Shown piece by piece: positions 41,308 to 54,035 of a DNA stretch of 64,000 nucleotides; within the stretch, counting starts at the first letter, position 1, and each line of letters starts with the position of its first letter. Both the position numbers and the translations under genes were made by a program. A model generated the notes under the pieces. It was given only the letters and a program-made list of their open reading frames with translations, had not been told where the DNA came from and did no database searches. The stretch is from the NCBI GenBank assembly GCA_977030845.1, contig OZ365116.1, positions 18,600,001 through 18,664,000 on the forward strand. Direction: 5' to 3'. This DNA comes from Fimbriosthenelais zetlandica. Its lineage: Eukaryota.

Positions 41308-44300
41308 CTCCTGAAGACGAGGACTATGATGATGACGACTGCTATGAGAATGAGCACAGTTACCACAGCACCAGTCGCCACTTGTACTGCAAGAAACCAC
41401 CACACCCTACTTGTAGATTTCCACATTAATTGGAAATAAAGATCTACAAAAAGCTTTGGTTTTGAAACCATCGCTGAGGCCAAATGTCAGTTGACTTCAT
41501 TCAGAACTGTCCCTTGCTTAAACTATTTTTGTGGTGCTTTAACTGGGAAAGACCATTTTGTGGTGGAGCTAGTATATTTTGTGTCTACTTATCGAAGTCT
41601 GTTGATGAAGATGTGCAAGTGTGACTGAGGAAATTAAGCATGCTTGGGGGAAAAAGAATAAATGTTTGGAATAAATGATCCAAAGATTATCAGTCGATGA
41701 AAAAAGTGGAGACAAATAAGGAAGAATAGCATGCTTTGAGTTAAACCTAACTGAAAATGGGTCATCCTTTCAAGGATTTTTTTTTCATATTAGAAAACCT
41801 CTTACTTCGTCCTACATTGTAGCGAAAGGATTCTTGGTGATCCATGAAGTCATAGGTGTCGAATTCATCAAAAGTGTTGCTGGTGAATTGGTTTTCAAGT
41901 TCCTCTGTGGAGGTAGATTCTGGTTCAGTGGGATATATATCTGTGTCATCTATGATGACGATGTTGTTGTCAGTGGTATCTTCAAAGTCAGTCGTACTCT
42001 CATTCAGAGAGGCTGACTCCCATTCATCCGGCTCATTGGGGGTTTGGTTTGAGATAACTGGAATCTCTGGGATCACTTGTCCACAAGTCATTGTCACTTT
42101 ACCTCCATTTGATCCTGAAAATACAAAAGAACATCTTTACTTATTTCACTGTCATCACTTTTATATGATAAGTGGAAACTTAAGATTTCAGTTTAATATA
42201 GTTGTCATATGGACATTTTCGGATCAGCAATTACCTTTGAATTCTAGCCAGAATCCTCTGTCCTGATATTTATGATCTGAGGTAAAACTGAGGGTTAAAG
42301 CCTGCCTCATAATAACTAGCTTCTCTGGTAGTCCCTCAGGTACCACTGGGTTACATTTATCTCCCCAGCTCTCTATGTTCAGCTTGTCTTCTCGACACTT
42401 CCCGTCATGCTGTCTCGAGATATTTAAAGAAAAGTCCAGGATCCACAGCAGAATGCTTCGGTCTTGTGTTTTCAGTTGACACTGGCATTTTTGTGACGAG
42501 TCATAGTTTCCTGGATAATTTGGAGAGCGGATGTACCCTTGCCAGGAAGTGACTTCCAGATCTTGGCATATGTCATGGATTATCTCGCCTAGAAGTGAGA
42601 ATAAATGCATTAATTATTGGATTACATAATTATAAAAAGATCATAAAAAGTCCAGAATATGATCTTTAATGTTGGCAAGCAATACTACTAGAATAGAAGA
42701 TTATTGATATGAGAGCAGACATGCAATGATTAGACTTACGTGGGATACATGTGTAGTTGACCTGCATGTAGTTGGCATAGCCTTCACAGTTGGTGAGGAA
42801 GGGGTTACTGACAGGCAGTGTACAGTCATTCCTGCCCATACAGTTCTCCTTCAGACTCGTGTATTGTACACAGTGTTGTTGAATGCTGTCATATTCGCAC
42901 ACATCTCTCTCATCTCTTTGTGTAGGAGCGACTCCATAGAAAGACTTCTGTACTCTGATCAGCTCCCCTACCGGACATCGTAGGTTGAGTTCAGGTACAC
43001 CGGGTACATTAAAACATTGGCTGGCAGTGTGCATATCTAGTTCCTTCCATTCATTATCATCTGTAAGCAAAATGAAACATAGTTAGTTATTTGGTTAGCT
43101 GAGACCAAGCCATATAAGGCCATGTTGGGCACATGGCAGGTTCACAGCTGCCAGGCCTCATTTATGGTTTTCAGCACAGGTCTTAGTAATTAGTTGTATT
43201 TCCAGGCACCAGGAAATGAACAGGTTATTCCCTTCCCAGATGCCTGATATGCATTAATTTTGTCCTTTGGTGTCGATTCAAGAGTCGAAATAATTGTATA
43301 TCTATGCCTCTTCCTCCAGAAGAGTTGGGATATGAGAGAAATCAGGTCAGTCGGATCAGACACATGTTTAATTGTGGACGTTGAAGTGCCAAGTTTCAGC
43401 TGATGTTGTAAGGTTCATTGGCACACAGTGAGGTATGTTAGAGGGCATACTGTTCCTTGTGAATGTCCGTGGCTGCCATCAAGGCCATGGGTTTACTTCC
43501 TGTCGCTAGGAAGGCGCCATAAACGCCAGATGTGACCCTGGAGAATTTAGCTCATTGTTATCACCAGTTACGGTGCTTTTTACAACTCAGTCTTACCGGA
43601 TTTGTTACCCAAATGGGGACAGCTTAGGCCTTTGCGTGCACTTCATTTGAAAGTTAGGGACTATAGAGATATTGAATTTTTGAATTGAACTTTGACCCTG
43701 TGTTATAAGCTGCTGTATGTCTCATTCCGCCCATGCCTTGTGAACCTCTCTCGTCATGTATTTTTTGTCAGATATGTCATTTCTATTGTGGCCTCTTGAC
43801 ATAATCTTATAAGATGTAATAGAGGTTATTTATCATTATAAATGATTGATCATCCCGGCATGCTCCGCGACATATGGCGTCACGTGCTAGCAAGGGCCAT
43901 CTGCTATTGGTCGAGGTCACCTTGACCACGACAATACTTCTCTAACCTTCATCTGACCTCTAAAATCTGGTACGGCATAAATGGACTTTTACAAAAGTTT
44001 TCTATTATTATATATGCCTTATCTCTGTTATAAGACTAGTAGGCTTATACATGATCATGAATTTTCAATTAATGTGTACATTGATGCTTGTTGCTGGATT
44101 TAACGAGTATAAAACGACACACGTGATTTAATAAGGGTATAGTATTTCGTCCTATAAAATATATTCAAGAGTTGATTTGAAATTCTCAAATGAATATATG
44201 CAGATTTTTAATTTATATTTGGATGTTATCAGATAATTTAACAAAATAGTCTTCCTCGTTTCATTGTGTACGGTCTTCATTGTGGCAACTAATATATGTA

Positions 44301-44440
44301 TGATTTCCCCGTAAGAAATGATGAGAATACTTACTTTGAATGGCCCTAGACTGTGCAGGATGAAGTAGAGTATTTAAAATCCAGCTAACTAGTAGAAAAG
44401 ATGATATTGAAAAGTGGTATAATCCTTTTGGTGAAGACAT
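41308..44440 (-). CDS. G5: signal peptide + SUEL + CUB-like + acidic stalk + TM (cytoplasmic end unresolved)
   Basis: Exons 44335-44440 (CCCACC-ATG, MSSPKGLYHFSISSFLLVSWILNTLL..), 42740-43060 (SUEL, SFYG..YMQVNYTC), 42235-42588 (RSPNYP..KCQCQ..RGFWLEFK), 41806-42114 (VTMTC + D/E-rich stalk), 41308-41386 (TM VATGAVVTVLILIAVVIIIVLVF-RR, phase 1 to 2). Confidence 0.85.
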
Positions 44441-44535
44441 GGTGGGAGAAGGCCAGCCTGAGCCAGGAGCGATCCACACCCGACTTACAACAAATTGCAA
44501 TCATGAGCCCTTTCCTCCCCCCAGTCCTCTTCTCC

Positions 44536-44674
44536 CATTGGTTGTCTCTTCGCAACGTCACAAATGGCGTCCATAGCAACCATATTGAGGCGAGTGGAGG
44601 ACAAGGTCGTACTGGGCATGGTCACTAGACAACTGACCCCAATCACCCTCAGCTGGTGAAGTATCCATGGCAAC
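44536..44674. promoter_or_regulatory. Probable G5 promoter with X-boxes and CCAAT motifs
   Basis: GTATCCATGGCAAC at 44661-44674, half-site CCATAGCAAC at 44571-44580, CCAAT/ATTGG motifs near 44537 and 44639; 100-235 bp upstream of the ATG. Confidence 0.55.
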
Positions 44675-45175
44675 GACCACACCTGGAGCCATTGCCCAAC
44701 CATTGTCAGAATATCTTGGCTAGTCCACCTTTGTCGCAGCTTGGACTTGGATCCTCTTTTCGCTGATGGGCTAAAAGGGATCCTTGAGGCATGCCGGATA
44801 CTCCCATAACTACACCACTAGTATCCATTTTTATGCCACTCCTGTGGCACACCTCTGCAAATTTGAGTTCAAATATGCCAACAAATTAGATGCCATGAAA
44901 TCTTTAGTGTCTGGTCAACTAGGGGGGAAAAGTGAATTTTTAATTCGTCCCCAAAAACCTGGAGCAGAAGGTTACCCTTTTATGGGTTTAGAATTTTGCT
45001 GTTTAACCAGTCTACGTTGTAAACGCATTTAAAACAGGGTGCTTTGCTTTAATCTTTGTTGCAGGCCCCGGTTAATTAATGTCTATTAATGTTTATTATG
45101 ATTACTGCTCATTAATTTTGTGGTTAATGTACCACATTGTCATCAAGGCACGAGCCAGTAATGTTGGCCCACTTA

Positions 45176-45196
45176 GTCACGTGCCTGATGACGTCA
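45176..45196. promoter_or_regulatory. E-box plus CRE upstream of G5
   Basis: GTCACGTG at 45176-45183, TGACGTCA at 45189-45196. Confidence 0.45.
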
Positions 45197-46077
45197 CTTT
45201 GATACCAGCCTCGTCTTGGATGAGATGTCTCTAGGATCTTCTTCACATAATAAATTAGGAGGACTCCGCCCTTCCTCATCACTCAATTAGACATCTCACT
45301 GCATCAAGGATGTCATTTGGCAACCTTTTTCACTTTAGCCTTATTTAATGTTAGGTAAATAACTATAACGATGTTGAAAGTAATATAGAAGCAATATCCT
45401 TTTCTCTAGAATTTTTATTTTTGCAATATATTCAGCATATACATGTTCGTGCAGAATGTTCTGGAAATGTTGCAGTGATTTTTACACACTGCTTATCATG
45501 ATGGATATATTATGTTAGCTATATTGAGACCCAATCTTGACTCTGGAAATCACATGAAATTCGGCAAATTATCATAAATCAGATCAGAGATATATACTAC
45601 TCATTTAAGTGTTTATTTATTGCTTGCTAATGTACATAAGCGTTTGATGCTCTACATGTTCTATTTCCCCTTGATTTTCCCTTTTACAAGTCTTTGGCAT
45701 ACCCCACTGTAGAACCTGTAGATTACATTCTCACATTAACAACTATCTTGAATATTAGTAAACCTGTGTCATCGTTCATGGTCCCGTCATACGATGGTGT
45801 GTCTATAGGCTCAGAAAACACAGGTCTCCTCTCTACCACCAGGTGGGGATCTAGATCTTCATTTCCACGTGACCTTGTTTAAGTGTCTCTAGATATGTTA
45901 TGCAAAAATGATTGAAAAATATTGTGCGATACGACAGAAGCACATCTTATGATGAATTCATACTTATGACCTCATTCGCTCATTTGCTCAGACAGTATAA
46001 GATTTACATTGATGTTTCGCAGTGTAGTACTAGTTAGTACTAATATAAGATGGTAGTATGACCTAAATCTAAGGTGA

Positions 46078-48158
46078 TCATCTTCTCATTGCTGCCAGCA
46101 GACCGAGCAGTATCGTCACCATGCTAGTCTTCACGTTCTCTCCACTTCCTAAGTAGTAGTCTGTGAAAGAAACAAATTAAAGGGGAAAGTTATTACCTGT
46201 TACATGGTTTGGTTAAAACAGTGCTTTAGCTTCTTAGATCTTATAGATTGTCTATGGATTGAAAGTACCTCCGTCTTTGGGTTTCCTTGTGGGACTTGGC
46301 TTCAGCTTTCTCAGGAGTTTCGGTCTAGTTGGTCCACAGGTCATCGTTATGTTGGCTGCTGGTTCAGCTGTAGAGATGTTAGAAAGAAAGTTTGGTTAGC
46401 AATTGCTTTAGGTGAGCAACGTTATTTATGCAGATGTATATTAAATCTTCACATTTATCTAGTTGCTAGAATACTGAATATACCATGCAGTTTCTGGTAG
46501 TTTCTTCTCAGTTTTTATCTCATAATTGGACTGCTTACCTTTGAAATAAATCCAGAAGCCTTTGAGATTGCGCTGGCTGTTGAACCTAAACGCCTGAGTC
46601 CTCTGATCATTCTGGTCTGAGTGAAAGTGCATCTTGAAGTCTGTACCTTTGATGGTGATGTTTTTAGTGTTGAGCAGCACCTCACCACAGTTGAGGTCGG
46701 TTCTTTTAGAGTACCCCTCCTCTGTCGACTCTATCAGCAGCCAGTCTGCACACTCAGCGTTGTTGAGCATGGCCAGAGACAGGTCAAAAAAGGAGAAGAA
46801 GATGTGGTCTGTGCCTTGAGGTTGAAGGCTGCACTCACAGTCTCTGGAGTGTGGGTAGTGATCAGGGTAATCAGGACTCCTCAGGTAGCCTCCATGCTCA
46901 TCAAACGTGTACCGTCCTCTCTTACAGATGTTGATCAAATCATAATCTGAAGTTGAACAATGTTTATGTTAAGAGAAGGCATTTCTGGATATTAATTCTA
47001 TAAAATTAAAGTATGCTTAAACTCAAATTTTTTTAATGCATCTAGGAAGTAAAGTCATTTTAATTAAATGATATTGGTGCATGTACCTGGGACACAGGAG
47101 TAGTCAGCTTGTAGATACTGGCTGTAGTTACCACATGATGGCATCCAGGACTGCTGTACTGATGTAACACAGCGCGTCCGTCCTATACAGTCCTGCCAGT
47201 CATAGAAGGACTTCATTTGGTCCTCCACGCAGTCATCGCCCTTCACATAGCACTCTGTCGTGTTCTCCAGGTGCCGGCCGTGCAGGGCTGAATTGAGCAC
47301 CAGCCGCTGATTCCTGGCGCAGTTCATGCTCACAAAGGGATTGCCTTTGGTAGCAAAACATTGGTAGACCCTTTGTATTGGACCTGTACATGAAAATTAA
47401 AAGCATATTTCATTGATTGTCCTTAGACTTTGGCTATATTGTGAAGAGGTACCTATTGCCAAAGGATAGGCGCTGTCTTGCCTTTTTGCAATAAATACCA
47501 TATATGCATTAGGCAAGTATAAATATACTATGTACCTGATATTGTACAAATATTTGTGATCATATGGACTACTGTCCATTTTTTCGGCATTTAGATTAGA
47601 CTAATGTGGTCCTGCTGGTGGCTTAGAGCGGGTAGTTGATATAGTAGGAACCATGGTGGTAACCTGCTGTTACCTGGACATAGTCTTCATACAGGTATGA
47701 GGTATAGCACAGCTGCTACATGGAATAACAGACAGGTACTCTCAGCTATCTCACACATCTACACATGTCTTAACGCCCACCTTACTGACACTATACATTT
47801 TTATCCTAATAATTTCTCTCCTTCAAGTCAGCAAGGAGAAAAAAAAATGAAAACCAATGAAAATTAACCCATTTAGAAATATTGCCATTTGTCAGTTTGG
47901 GTTGCAAGAAAACTCCCAGAAATCTCTTTCAGAACTGCCCGATGCCTTTCAGAACTTCTATGAGAATATCAGAGCAAGAATAGATTCTTTTCGATTTATA
48001 GAACAGTACTAATGGAATAGCCTAGTTGTGAAGATCTAGCATGACTGAGAAGAAAGAAGGTGTTCTTCCTCAGAAGACAGTAAACTGAACTCACCTATTT
48101 TTGCTTGTGTTAATCCAGAGTATAATCCAATGATAAGATATATAGCTAGGGTGGACAT
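46078..48158 (-). CDS. G4: signal peptide + SUEL + CUB-like + basic linker + probable GPI-type signal (~316 aa)
   Basis: Exons 48095-48158 (MSTLAIYLIIGLYSGLTQAKI), 47087-47383 (YQCF..ALHGR..YDWQDC..YLQADYSC), 46539-46946 (RSPDYP..DCECS..LKGFWIYFK), 46269-46367 (ANITMTC..), 46078-46160 (GSGENVKTSMVTILLGLLAAMRR*). Total 951 nt, open. Confidence 0.88.
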
Positions 48159-49329
48159 GACGAAACTAGACAAGATTCCCTTTTGAAGCACCATTTTGAG
48201 GGTCCTGTATATTAATTTGGGCTAGCTCCTCCTCTATCTATCCACGTCCCGATGTAGGGTTTTTCGGGGTGGAGGTTGGGATGTTGTGCTGCCTCTCCAG
48301 TCTCTGGTAATGATGGAGTCTGGTAGGAGTGACCACCTGACGACCTCTGTGTTGTTTCTACCTTGCTGCTCTTTGTCATCGGACATACATCTCACAGGTG
48401 GGTGGCTGACATCACAATCATGTGGGGTGCCCACCTCCCACCACCAACTGTCGCTCCACAAATAGCACCATTTCTCATTGGAATTGGATCCATGGGTGGA
48501 TTTTGGGTCATGGACTACATTGCTAAAACATCTTAGAGTTGTCTTTATGAAAGATATAATCATGCTGGTTAAATATTTCTTTCATTTTCGTCTAGAAGTC
48601 TGTGGTAATTTGCAGGAATATGATGGCTCTTTTAAAAGAGGAATTATCTTTTTTTCCGGTTTATTGTATGCACCGTATGTCAGTGTGTACATGCCATCAT
48701 TCAGGATCCGTCACTCCTGATATTTATGTGTGTGCCATAAAAATTCCAGAGCAGAACCTTTTAAGGATATTGGAGTTCCACCGTACACATGGAACTGCTC
48801 TCAGAAAGGTTTTGAAAAGCACATGCCATTCTGATGAGCATTGGTTATAGTGTACCCCTCGATATTTTTCACCAAAGTTAATGTTACTTTTCATTTGGTT
48901 TTGGAAGATACTTAACTAACTTTTATGAAATATTGGATAGTTTAAACTACAGGATAATAAGGGAACAAAGTTAGTCAGTAAAATATTTATTTTTCCACTG
49001 CCTCTGTATATATACAGAATGAAATATTTCACCTAAATAGAGCAATTCTAAATGGCTATATGAGCAAACTACATTGTGACGGATATCTCGGGATCCTATG
49101 TCATCTATATACATTAGCATTGTGAAGCTAAGCTCTATAAACCTAATACATGTATGCCTACTTGTTCTTTAGGCAAACAACATTAAAAAACTGTCTTCAC
49201 TGCCACCTGTTATCATAGAAATATTATACACAGTAAAATATGAAATTTGTACAATTGTGTTTAAACAACAAACTAAATATTAAACGAAAACTATTCACAA
49301 AAATATGTAACTCCATCTGAAGGCGTCGT

Positions 49330-51293
49330 CTATGGTTTCAGTAAGGTTAAGATGATGGTGAGGAGGTATATGACTGGACTAATTGATGTCCTGCTCACTG
49401 CTGACCTGTCCTGCTTCTGGCGGGAAACCCCGAAGTTAGTTGGTGGTAATGCGTACGGCCTGTCAGGGTCCGCTGAAAAACATGATATAGTACAGTGTCA
49501 GTAAGTCTTACTGTTAAACTTGGCTGGTTTCAAGAAAACATTTTCATCGTTTTAGCATTCAAATTCACTTTGAAGATAAGAGTTTTGAAAAGTGACCTAC
49601 CTGAGGCAGACCCAGGTGGAATGGCTTTCAGTGCTTCAGATGGCATGGTCTTATAGCAGTCAATCGTCATATCCTTACTACCTGAAAATCAGAAATGGCC
49701 TTAGTTAGAATAGGGGAAATGTATGACAGAACCTGGGTGATATGATTGTTGTTGTGACTCTCATATGGAAGGATATCATGGCATATACACATTAGTATTG
49801 GTCAAGATGTACCATACTCACTCGTGACTCTGATACTGAATCCTCGCAGGTTCTTCACCCCCATACTCTTCATGGAGTGGAAGTGTAGTATAATGTGTGA
49901 TGATCTTGACTGTAGAGACTTTCTACCAGCATCTATATCATGACACACCACTACTCCAGCCCCTTTATACATGGGTGACTCCAACATGAGCCAGTCATCA
50001 CACAGACCATCCTCCATACTCAGCTGAACATCTTCAAATGTCACCGTGATGCTGCCTTCATCTTTACTCATGATTTCACACCGGCAGTCCATGTTGTACG
50101 GGTAGAAGTGAGGGTAGCCGGGAGTCTGCACATAAAGATCTGAGTTGAATAGTGTCTTGTTCAGGCAAATGTTGGCTGCTTTGATTCCTTGCTCTGTAAA
50201 ATAGAAATATCATTGTTTTGGATGAGCTCTAGGGAATCATTTCAGTCTTCAAGTAGTTAAATGCATCATGAAATGTGTAGAGTTTTATAGGAGTTTAGTT
50301 TAGGTCTGATTACTTGCCCATCTTGGTAATGGTAATTGCAGGGGAAGGCTTGGTCTTTGTAGGCGTTTCGTTCTCATTTACAACCGCTACCTCCTTCACC
50401 TTGTTTGCAGATATTGGCTTATATGATGTGGCTGTTCCTAAGAAAAAAAGATTCTTAAGTTATTGTTAGTCAAAAAATGAGATGCTTCTTACCATCGTAG
50501 AATAGCTTCTTAATCTTATGATATTATGAGTAAATCCCAGCATACCCTTGGAGACATTACCTTTGACACAGGTATAGTGGACCTGGAAGTAGGTAGGGGT
50601 TGGTGCATCACAGGATGGCATCTCACCAACCTGCTGTACCAGCTGTACACAGCTGTGCCTCGCCTCACATCGACTCCAGTCATACTGTGATCCCATGTCC
50701 AGCGTACAGTCTCCTTCAGTGTGGAAACAACCATTTGACGGATCTTTTGATATTCCATAGAAGGCACGTTGGACGTGAACTACCTTGCCAATGCCACAGT
50801 AGAGAGTAACAAATGAGATGGTATTGGCTGTGAAACATTGACTCGTTGCTTTGGTTCCTGTAAAGAGAAGAATAAAAGAGGAAGATCAAAAAATGTCTCT
50901 GTGCAATGCCACCAGATGTCAGTCTTGCTCATGCAACAGTTTTTTCAACCTTTTGCTCAAAATTTAGGTTTAGGATTAGATCTATAGAAGGAAATGTGCA
51001 CTGTATACATGAGGGTTCCATCTTGTACTGCAAGCTTTTTACATGGTAGATCCTATTGCAACACAGCAGATTTAAAGACTAACTGTGAATGCACAGATAC
51101 AGAGTTTAATGGCATTAAAATCTTAAGGCACCAGTTGATATCTGGAAGTAATAAGATGTCGTGTTAAGCAGGACCTTGTGGGTGACCTGGCAGAAGTTAC
51201 ATGATCTTTGATCTCACCTGGCTCAAGAAGTTCAGTTGGTGTCACTCCTAATGAAAGAATTCCACAGGCGATGGCTATTAAGAGACGCAGCAT
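49330..51293 (-). CDS. G3: signal peptide + SUEL + CUB-like + GPI-type signal (~322 aa; in-frame upstream ATG at 51359)
   Basis: Exons 51218-51293 (MLRLLIAIACGILSLG..), 50561-50857 (SQCF..AFYG..YDWSRC..YFQVHYTC), 49822-50193 (QTPGYP..DCRCE..LRGFSIRV), 49601-49681 (MTIDC..), 49330-49472 (..DRSAVSRTSISPVIYLLTIILTLLKP*). Total 969 nt, open. Confidence 0.9.
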
Positions 51294-53165
51294 CCTCCTC
51301 CATGGTCCTAAATCCGAGAGACCAACAGGAGAGAACACAGGAACCTCCTCCAGAGGCATCTCCCCTTTTGAGTTGTGATTTCCTGTAAAAATCTCCCAGT
51401 ATTGTCTACCCGACTCCCGGTGTTAGATTTGGTGATGTGGACAGAGCCTGATTAGAGATTAGTCGGTGTAGATGTAGCCATTATGTTGTTGTATGTCGTT
51501 GCTTGTTGAGGGTCGTCATAGGGCCTGGTAGACGGTCCTCCTGAACTCCCGGAGTGCGCACCTGTCTCACCTGGTCACAGGAGGAGAGCCGCAGAGAGAG
51601 ATGGATGGTGATCAGAAACTGCTGAGTCACTGGTCACAGATGGTGGGCGATAATAAGTGGAGCTTGGTAATGGTCACCAATATACACCTCTCCACCCTGC
51701 TTCCCCCTTATTTACATAATACCGATAGATATACGAGACATATATTGGTTTACAATTCAACATTAAACATATGGCAATCTTATTGAAAGTAGGTTTGAAG
51801 TTGATGCTTTATGATGCTCTATCCATTGAAGATAATTGTACTGGATGATTGGATCTAAATGGTGACATTAGAAGTCAGATTTGTGTGGGAGTGGTTCTAT
51901 GAACACCTGGTGTGTTAAATCTGACAGGGTCCTTGCCAATAAATGAATAAAATGGCCTTACATTGAAGCTTTTTTACAACAAATAGTACTGAATATTGGG
52001 TCCTATCCTGAAATTTTCTGTCGAAAATATCCAAGTTTGAGTACAAATCATGTCAGATAACGGCAGTGTGTGAACTCCTAGCACTTACACTCTAGTTATC
52101 TGCTATACCCTGGAATAGACTTACTTATCTTGCCTCAGAATAATTTACGTCCCTTAATAGACTAGAAAAAGTGGTGCCTGGACTGGTGACCATCAATAGA
52201 TCAGGCTTTAAGGTGGGATTCACCAGCTGTCACTGCTATTACCCAGCTGTCACTGTCACACATACTTCCTATCAAGGTCACACCAAAGTACACGGGATTA
52301 ACACATTCAAAGCCAACCCAGCAAAATTTAATTAAACCCTTCTTAAACTCTTCCATATATATAGGCAGTGTCACTTGTGTTACCCTTTCTTTGCTCAGTC
52401 CGCCGTTTCTTGGCAGGAAGTGGCCATTTTCTGGCAGAGTAAAGAGCATATATTAAAAAATATATATACTAATTTTCCTAATTAATTCATCACTGCTTTA
52501 AATTTGAATTTTGTATGTTTATCGTGAAAACTTTCTTAATTATTCTTCATTCATTATTTCTAATACTTGTTGATTTAATCATGTAATATTTGTTTCTTTT
52601 CTCTTCCATGTGTTGCCTTTGCTGTTCTCTACTAAAGGTAAGCATTCATGTCGATATCTTATATACATTATTTCAATTCTAAATGTTGGTTCAATAAGAA
52701 ATAAGTTAAGTATAATACACATAAAATATTTTGTATTATATATACGTTTATTTTCATCAAAATATACACAGATGAATCTGTTCATATTTCCAAATGTTCG
52801 CTAGGAAATTGATTGGATATTGATTCGGATATTGATTCGGATATTATCTAGAGTGAATTACTTTCCTTATTCTCTGAAATGAATTCTTTTCAGTTACTCT
52901 GCAATGCCATTCTATCTAAGCTTAAAGACAAAGTATATTTTATGCATAATCACCTCAATTTTTCTAACCAATCATTCCCATGTTATTATGCCCAGCATAT
53001 TTACATAGCCTGTTTACTAATCCTGGATTATATTTAGCTGCGTTCCTTGGGCGTTTCAAGCGGTTTGAAAGCATTCTGCGATAGACAAACGCTAGAACTA
53101 CAATTTGAATATATTTAACTGATTCCAAAATGACTGAAGACTTAAGCTCACTGAGCCTGACTTAA

Positions 53166-53205
53166 GATAATGAGCATGTGAGCTGGATAATGAGCATGTG
53201 AGCTG
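53166..53205 (+). repeat. 20-bp unit x2
   Basis: gataatgagcatgtgagctg is repeated perfectly. Confidence 0.9.
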
Positions 53206-54035
53206 ATTATAATACAGTGTACTTATATAGAGAGTATTTTGAGCATTTTATTCTCATGAGTAGAATATGTTATGAGTATCTGCTTGGGCATATTTACAGC
53301 CCTGTATACGAGAGAAAGTGACCTGCTTCTTTTACTGACAAAATTTGAAAGTTATGGTTTGACACTGCAGGGTTATACATTAGCCTTGACTAAGATTTAT
53401 GTGAATTATGATTTACCCAATCTTATATTAAAATAGTAAGTTAGTATAGTAAAGAGATTGTCTGAGACAGTATACCTCCTCCAAGAATGAATTAGGATAT
53501 ATACATCTACTGATTCCTTGATGCAAAGCAGCCCAGCCTAAGCAAAGAAATTAATTAGACTGATTTAGATCTGACTCACTAATTATCAACTTGTACTCTA
53601 CTTGACGACCTTTCATGCATTATGCTTACATATCATTGAGAGATCATATTCCCACAGCATGATATAACATACTGAAATAACTGACCTCTGAAAGGGTTAT
53701 ATAGCACAGATTATGATGTTAACATGTGATTCATTATATGGATGGACCCAGGATCCTGCAAGAGGTACCAGTGTATATACATGAATACCTGGTGATCAGC
53801 CATAGAGCACCATACTTGGTACAGTTTTCTGCTTGCTATAGTGGCTTGATGATTTGCATAGCTGATTCTTTAGAGACTGCTTCCACATAGAATTTTTGTC
53901 ATAGGCTTAATTACATTTTTGCGTTTCCTTGTTTTGGAGCTTGAGTCAGAGTCTCTATTGAAAGCTTACGAGGGAGAGATGTAGCAGTCTATGTCCCTGG
54001 GAAGCATACAATGATGGCGGGTGGGTACATGTGGC

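Noticed and set aside
41762-41805. ORF-track C-terminus SKRFSNMKKKSLKG* as the true end of G5
   Set aside because: A phase-1 donor (A|gtaaga) at 41806 joins a clear TM exon; the extension is probably intron read-through, though a secreted isoform cannot be excluded.
47670-47760. Signal-like MCEIAESTCLLFHVAAVLYLIPV as the G4 first exon
   Set aside because: It ends in an in-frame TGA with no phase-1 donor; 48095-48158 fits cleanly instead.
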